This document shows positions 59,220 through 64,000 of a DNA stretch of 64,000 nt, in pieces. This stretch comes from Xanthobacteraceae bacterium. GTDB taxonomy: Bacteria; Pseudomonadota; Alphaproteobacteria; Rhizobiales; Xanthobacteraceae. Positions within the stretch are counted from its first letter, which is position 1. Every line of letters begins with the position of its first letter. The translations under genes and the position numbers were made by a program. The notes below the pieces were generated by a model. The model was not told where the DNA came from and ran no database searches. It worked only from the letters and a program-made list of their open reading frames with translations. The stretch is taken from positions 15,986 through 79,985 of the forward strand of contig JASHPU010000014.1 of assembly GCA_030037885.1 (NCBI GenBank). The letters are read 5' to 3'.

Positions 59220-60128
59220 GTGGCCATGCCGACTACGACAAAACTCAGCCTGCACACCATGCTGGGCAATTATCCGAACACCAAGCCGCTCAAGGACAGC
59301 GCGATAAAATCCGAACTGGTCGATTTCAACTTCGTCGAGGTCAAGGTCGCCAACAGCCTGTTCAAGTCGGTGGTGCGCGACGCCCGATACGACGTCGCCG
59401 AGCTTGCCATTGCGACCTATGTGCAGGCGAAATCCTTCAACAAGCCGTATGTGCTCATTCCCGCCGTCATCGTCAGCCGCGGCCAGCATCACACCATTGC
59501 GTATAACGGCGAGCGCGGCCCGCTCGCGCCCTCTGCGCTGAACGGCAAGCGCGTCGGCGTGCGCGCCTATACGGTGACGACCGGCACCTGGGTGCGTGGC
59601 ATTCTGGCGGGCGATTACGGCGTCGATATCGACAGCATCGAATGGATCACGTTCGAGGATCCGCACGTCGCCGAATATCACGATCCGGCCGTCGTCAAGC
59701 GCGCGCCGCGGGGCAAGGACATGGTGCAAATGCTGCTGGACGGCGAGATCGACGCGGCGATCGTCGGTGACAAGCTGCCCGATCCGCGGCTCGCGCACCT
59801 CATTGCCGATCACGAAGCGGCGGCGAAGCGCTGGGCCGAACGCCATGGCGGCGTGCCGATCAACCACATGGTCGTGGTGCGCGAGAGCCTGTCGCGTTCG
59901 CGCCCCGACGTGGTGCGCGAGGTGTTCCGGCAACTGCACGAGAGCAAGCGCGCCGCCGGCCTGCCGGACGGCGATCCGCTCGATCCATACCGCTTCGGCG
60001 TCGAAGCCTGCCGGCCGATTCTCGAGATTATCATCGACTTCTGTCATCGGCAGAAGCTCATCGAGCGGCGCATCGCGGTCGACGAGTTGTTCGATGACAC
60101 GACCCGCGCGCTGAAGATCGGAGCTTGA
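59220..60128 (+). CDS. Periplasmic-binding-fold (NMT1/THI5-like) protein, 4,5-dihydroxyphthalate decarboxylase-like
   Basis: Resembles PhtD-type proteins (…YDVAELAIATYVQAK…). The GTG at 59220 or the ATG at 59226 could be the start. Confidence 0.45.
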   Translation: MAMPTTTKLSLHTMLGNYPNTKPLKDSAIKSELVDFNFVEVKVANSLFKSVVRDARYDVAELAIATYVQAKSFNKPYVLIPAVIVSRGQHHTIAYNGERGPLAPSALNGKRVGVRAYTVTTGTWVRGILAGDYGVDIDSIEWITFEDPHVAEYHDPAVVKRAPRGKDMVQMLLDGEIDAAIVGDKLPDPRLAHLIADHEAAAKRWAERHGGVPINHMVVVRESLSRSRPDVVREVFRQLHESKRAAGLPDGDPLDPYRFGVEACRPILEIIIDFCHRQKLIERRIAVDELFDDTTRALKIGA

Positions 60129-60170
60129 AATCGCCTTGATGTTGCGTTGCCCGAGAAGGATCGTTGCCCC

Positions 60171-60395
60171 ATGATCGATGAGCTGGATCTCGTGGTGCTG
60201 AAGCGCGATTTGCCCGATGTGCGGCTTGCGGTCGGTGACGTTGGCACCGTCGTGCTGGTGCATCAGCAGGGTGCGGGCTACGAGGTCGAGTTCACGACGC
60301 TGTCGGGCGACACCGTTGCCGTCGTAACCCTTGATGCGTCCGATGTGCGGCCGGTCGAGGCGCGCGAGATCGTTCACGCGCGCGCAGTCAACTGA
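60171..60395 (+). CDS. DUF4926 domain protein
   Basis: MIDELDLVVLKRDLPD...GDVGTVVLVH...GYEVEF matches the small SH3-like DUF4926 pattern. Confidence 0.6.
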   Translation: MIDELDLVVLKRDLPDVRLAVGDVGTVVLVHQQGAGYEVEFTTLSGDTVAVVTLDASDVRPVEAREIVHARAVN

Positions 60396-60892
60396 CGGCC
60401 GTTTCGCTTCGATAACCCGCTCAGCCAGCCGCACCGAGCCGTTGCTTCCGGTCGAACTCGGCGCCGGCGGGTGTGGGAGCGCCGGCTTGGCGGATGTCCG
60501 CTGCCGTTTTCGGCGATCAAAGTCCCTGGCCGCTGCCGGTTCCCGGCGCCGCCGTGATGATGGAAGCCTGGGTTTATGCGCCGTGACCGATCCTAAAAGA
60601 CGAACTGTCCGGCGGCCGTTGCCAGCTGCTGCCGTTTGCGTCGTGGAAGTGCGGCGCCGCTGCCGGTTCCCGGCGCCATGATGATGAACGCGTATTCATC
60701 CAACATCTGTTCAGCATAAAAATTGCGGCACGCGCGACTTTTACTTTCCTTCGGCTGTCAGCGTGCTAGCCTGTGCAGAGCCGGAATCGGCTTTACGGCT
60801 GGGAGGCGACAATTTCGCCGAGCCTGAGCAGGGATTGGTCCCACATTTCCACACGTGCCCTCGGTGCGCCCGCGGCTGTTCAGATATGCCGC

Positions 60893-63151
60893 GTGTGGCG
60901 CGCACGAATTTGTTTGCTCTTGTTTGTTTGGCTGTTCGCTTCGGCCGGGGTCTTGCTCGGCGCCGCCGACGCGTGCGCTCACGCGAAGCACCCGCAGCAG
61001 CCGCGGCATCACCACATTGCCAAAGCCGGCCACCCCAAGCACGGTCCGCGCGAAGCAAAAAAAGAAAATAAAACAAAAAAAACAAAGAAGGCAAAAGAGG
61101 ACAACAAGGCGAAAAAAACCGCGGCGGATGCGTTTCCACTGCCGGTCGAGCGGCCGGCGGCGGCTGACCTGCCGCCGAGCCTTGCGGCGGTGCGAAACGC
61201 GCTCGACCTGATCGGCCGCGACAAGTTCGCCGACGCGACGGCGCTCGAGAACTCGATTGCCGATCCGGTCGCCCAAAAGCTGGTCGAGTGGGCGCTCTTG
61301 CGCCGCGCCGACACCGAAGTCGGCTTCGAGCGCTATGACAATTTCATCGCCGCCAATCCGGATTGGCCGAGCCTACCGCTGTTCCGCCACCGCGCCGAAG
61401 CCGCGCTGTGGCGCGGGCATCCCGACGCTGCCACGGTGCAGCGTTTCCTCGCGCGTGAACCGGCGCGCCAACCGGAGAGCGCTCTCGGCCGGCTTGCGCT
61501 TGCCCGCGCGTTGCTGAGCGAAGGCGACCGCGAACAAGCCGCGCGCGAAGTGCGCGCGGTGTGGCGGTTGGCGCCGTTGTCGGACGAAACCGAAGCCGCC
61601 GTGCTCGACGCGTTTCCCGACGTGGTGACCCGCGCCGACAACGTGGCGCGCATGGACCGGCGCATCGGCGCCAAGGAGTTCGGCGCCGCGCTGCGTGCGG
61701 CCAAACGTTTGGGCGACGATCAAGTTGCCATCGTCAAGGCCTGCGCCGCCGCCGAGGCGAAAGCCGGCAATGGCGGCAAGCTGCTCGATGACGTGCCGGC
61801 GTCGGCGCGCGACGATCTGGGCTACGCCCTATGCCGCATCCATTGGCTCCTCCGCAACGAGTCGCCGGGCTCGAACATTCATGGCCGCATCGTCACGCCG
61901 AAAGCGGATGTAGCGCTGGCGGCGAAGCTCGCGCTCGGCGGATCGCCGGACGATCTGCAGCGGCAGGACACCGACGAATGGTGGCGCGAGCGCCGCGCGC
62001 TCGCGCGCAAGCTGCTCGACCTCGGCGACGCCGCCACCGCGTATCAGGTCGTGGCCAAGGCGGCGCTGCCGGCCAATCCCTACTATCGCGCCGAAGCGCA
62101 TTTCATGGCCGGCTGGATCGCGCTGCGCTTTCTCGAAGATGCCAAGACGGCGGCCGGGCATTTTGCGCACATCGATGACGGCCAGACCGATCCGCGCATT
62201 CTGGCGCGCGCCGCCTATTGGCGCGGCCGCGCCGCCGAAGTTTTGGGCCAGGTCGGCGAGATGCGCGCCCAGTACGAGGCCGCCAGCCATTACTCCACCG
62301 CCTATTACGGCCAGTTGGCGCGCGCCCGGCTCGGCCTCGACACCATGACGCTGCACGCGCTGCCATCAGTATCGGCTTCGAGCGGAGGCGACGTCGTCGA
62401 CGCCGCCGCGATGCTTTACAGAATCGGCGAGCACGACTGGGCGCTGCGGTTCATTTCCGACTTGGCCAAGGACAGCAGCGATCCCGGCGCCCTCGCTTCC
62501 GTCGGCAAGCTCACCGCGCAATATCATGACGCGCCGGCAATGTTGATCATCGGCAAGACCGCACTGGATCGCGGCATGCCGCTCGATCAGCTTGCGTTCC
62601 CCGATTTCGGCGTGCCGTCCTACAGCGCCGTCGGGCCGGCGCTGGATCGCTCGATCGTTTATTCGGTGGTGCGCACCGAAAGCGCCTTCGATCAGCACGA
62701 CAAATCGTCGGCCAATGCGGTCGGGCTCATGCAGGTGACGCCGGAAGCCGGCCGCGACACCGCCAAGCGCTTCGGCGTGCGTTACGATTGGCATCGCATG
62801 GTGACTGACGCGGTCTACAACACCCAGATGGGCGCTGCCGAGCTCGCCGCGCTGCTCAAGGAGTATCGCGGCTGCTACGTGCTCGTGTTTGCCGCCTACA
62901 ATGCCGGCCGCGGCCGCGTCGCGCAATGGCTGGCGCTGCACGGCGACCCACGCGATCCCAAGGTCGACGCAATCGACTGGATCGAGCGCATCCCGTTCGC
63001 CGAGACGCGCAATTACGTCGAGCGCGTGCTCGAAAACCTGCAGGTCTACCGCGCCCGCTTCGATGCCAAGCTGGCAAAAGCCGCGCCCGACGGCAATCAC
63101 GCGCCCGACGCCGGCCGCGCCTCCGGCTACGTCGAAGCGCTCCCGCATTGA
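60893..63151 (+). CDS. slt: Soluble lytic murein transglycosylase (Slt70-like) with a Lys-rich low-complexity N-terminal linker
   Basis: C-terminal SLT domain (VRTESAFDQ...GLMQV...AYNAG) and a superhelical N-terminal region. The GTG at 60893 precedes a signal-peptide-like segment, but the start is uncertain. Confidence 0.8.
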   Translation: MWRARICLLLFVWLFASAGVLLGAADACAHAKHPQQPRHHHIAKAGHPKHGPREAKKENKTKKTKKAKEDNKAKKTAADAFPLPVERPAAADLPPSLAAVRNALDLIGRDKFADATALENSIADPVAQKLVEWALLRRADTEVGFERYDNFIAANPDWPSLPLFRHRAEAALWRGHPDAATVQRFLAREPARQPESALGRLALARALLSEGDREQAAREVRAVWRLAPLSDETEAAVLDAFPDVVTRADNVARMDRRIGAKEFGAALRAAKRLGDDQVAIVKACAAAEAKAGNGGKLLDDVPASARDDLGYALCRIHWLLRNESPGSNIHGRIVTPKADVALAAKLALGGSPDDLQRQDTDEWWRERRALARKLLDLGDAATAYQVVAKAALPANPYYRAEAHFMAGWIALRFLEDAKTAAGHFAHIDDGQTDPRILARAAYWRGRAAEVLGQVGEMRAQYEAASHYSTAYYGQLARARLGLDTMTLHALPSVSASSGGDVVDAAAMLYRIGEHDWALRFISDLAKDSSDPGALASVGKLTAQYHDAPAMLIIGKTALDRGMPLDQLAFPDFGVPSYSAVGPALDRSIVYSVVRTESAFDQHDKSSANAVGLMQVTPEAGRDTAKRFGVRYDWHRMVTDAVYNTQMGAAELAALLKEYRGCYVLVFAAYNAGRGRVAQWLALHGDPRDPKVDAIDWIERIPFAETRNYVERVLENLQVYRARFDAKLAKAAPDGNHAPDAGRASGYVEALPH

Positions 63152-63211
63152 CGCTTGGTCTCCGCCCGTGCGGAAGAGTGTCGGCTAAGGGTCGCGGCGC
63201 TTGCCTCAACT

Positions 63212-63631
63212 TTATCTTCGCCACGCGTAAGTGATCGGAACGGTGAATGTGATATTGGCGCCGGCAGGTGGCGCCGGCAGCGGCGAGGCGCGTCTGAACA
63301 TTTCAAGCGCGGCGGCATCAAGCGCAGCCGACGTGGAACTCTTGACGATCCGGCTGCTCAGCACATTGCCCTGCCGATCGATGGTGACTCTCACGGTGGC
63401 AACACCGCTGACGCCGCGCGCCTGCGGTGGGTAGAACTTGAAGCGACTGAGCTGGATCGCGACCGCCGTTGCCCACGCGGCGAGCTCTTGCGACGGCGAC
63501 GCAATCGGCGGCGTCGACGGCGCCGGCACGGCCGACCGCGGTTGAGGTATCTGCTGCGCGCTGGCCGCAGCGGTCGACATAACCAAGAGCGCTGCCGTTG
63601 CCAACGCGGCGAGCTCGCTGCTGCCCCGCAT
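63212..63631 (-). CDS. TonB C-terminal-domain protein
   Basis: Signal/anchor, a Pro-rich linker, then YPPQARGVSGVATVRVTIDRQGNV...LDAAALEMFRR...PLPAPP, typical of TonB_C. Confidence 0.7.
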   Translation of the reverse strand: MRGSSELAALATAALLVMSTAAASAQQIPQPRSAVPAPSTPPIASPSQELAAWATAVAIQLSRFKFYPPQARGVSGVATVRVTIDRQGNVLSSRIVKSSTSAALDAAALEMFRRASPLPAPPAGANITFTVPITYAWRR

Positions 63632-63720
63632 TTTCAAGTTGCCGCCGGTTTGTCTCGTCACCATGGCGACCCCGTCAGATCTCTGCGAGAACAAGTAGCC
63701 GCGGCGCGGAAAGCTGAAAC

Positions 63721-64000
63721 TCAGCGGTCTCGTATCTTGTCCATCAGCGGCTTGTCCTGGCCGCCGTCGATCTCGATCATCGTGCCGTTGATGAAGTGGG
63801 CGAGATCGGAGGCGAGGAACGTCACCAGGTTGGCCACTTCCTCGCTTTCGGCGATGCGGCCGAGCGGAATGCTGGCCGGCGCCAGCTTGTCGGCCTCGTC
63901 GAAGCTGATGTTCATGTCGCGCGCCATCGCCTTGACCAGGCCGGTCCAGCGCTCGGTGCGCACCGGCCCCGGATTGACGCAGACGAAACTGATATTGTCC
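63721..64000 (-). CDS. Short-chain dehydrogenase/reductase (SDR), C-terminal part; 5' end beyond the window
   Basis: The frame is open to the window edge. The C-terminus ...PLGRIAESEEVANLVTFLASD...NGTMIEIDGG is typical of classical SDRs. Confidence 0.7.
   Translation of the reverse strand, partial: DNISFVCVNPGPVRTERWTGLVKAMARDMNISFDEADKLAPASIPLGRIAESEEVANLVTFLASDLAHFINGTMIEIDGGQDKPLMDKIRDR

Noticed and set aside
60741-61276. ORFs on both strands across the slt 5' region (60741-61139, 60758-61276, 60763-61071, 60855-61211).
   Set aside because: They are created by the poly-A/poly-T low-complexity tract and G/C-rich flanks, and translate to poly-Phe/Leu or Arg-rich strings. The frame continuous with the SLT catalytic domain is the only credible one.

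Overview
This is a high-G+C chromosomal segment. Gene content and REP-like hairpin families suggest an alphaproteobacterium of the Bradyrhizobiaceae type, but that assignment is inference only. Almost all of the window is coding.

Gene content, left to right:
1. BluB-like gene fragment, diheme cytochrome c, PQQ-type sugar dehydrogenase and a DUF2147 protein.
2. A form I aerobic CO dehydrogenase cluster, coxC-like(MHYT-LytTR)-coxMSLDEF. The large subunit carries the AYRCSFR active-site loop.
3. An 11-gene minus-strand operon (12.7-23.4 kb) built around a fatty acyl-AMP ligase and a free-standing ACP. Gene order is DUF962/Mpo1-like, TauD-like, membrane desaturase, ACP, CFA-synthase-like methyltransferase, P450, type II thioesterase, FAAL, PaaI thioesterase, AEC exporter, HD-like/TPR protein. 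It has no PKS or NRPS. I cannot match it to any characterised pathway, and it is the best candidate for a novel system. Its leader carries a 70-bp tandem repeat, a perfect 15-bp inverted repeat and a relic of an E2 acyltransferase gene.
4. Phosphoketolase, MFS transporter, amylo-alpha-1,6-glucosidase, pgl, HAD, gnd, HAD.
5. Transglycosylase-like protein, AcpA-type phosphoesterase, cytochrome c peroxidase.
6. Asparaginase, a cyclic amidohydrolase, and a COG0523 GTPase with an A/T-rich, Cys-bearing C-terminal extension.
7. DHA2 MFS transporter and OsmC.
8. A contiguous urtABCDE-ureDABCEFG module behind a canonical sigma-54 promoter, interrupted by REP-like palindromes.
9. 2-hydroxyacid dehydrogenase, amidohydrolase_2, PhtD-like protein, DUF4926, an Slt70-like transglycosylase with a poly-A/Lys-rich tract, a TonB C-terminal domain protein and a partial SDR.

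I saw no rRNA, tRNA, CRISPR array, transposase or integrase. All family assignments come from motif recognition by eye, not database searches.
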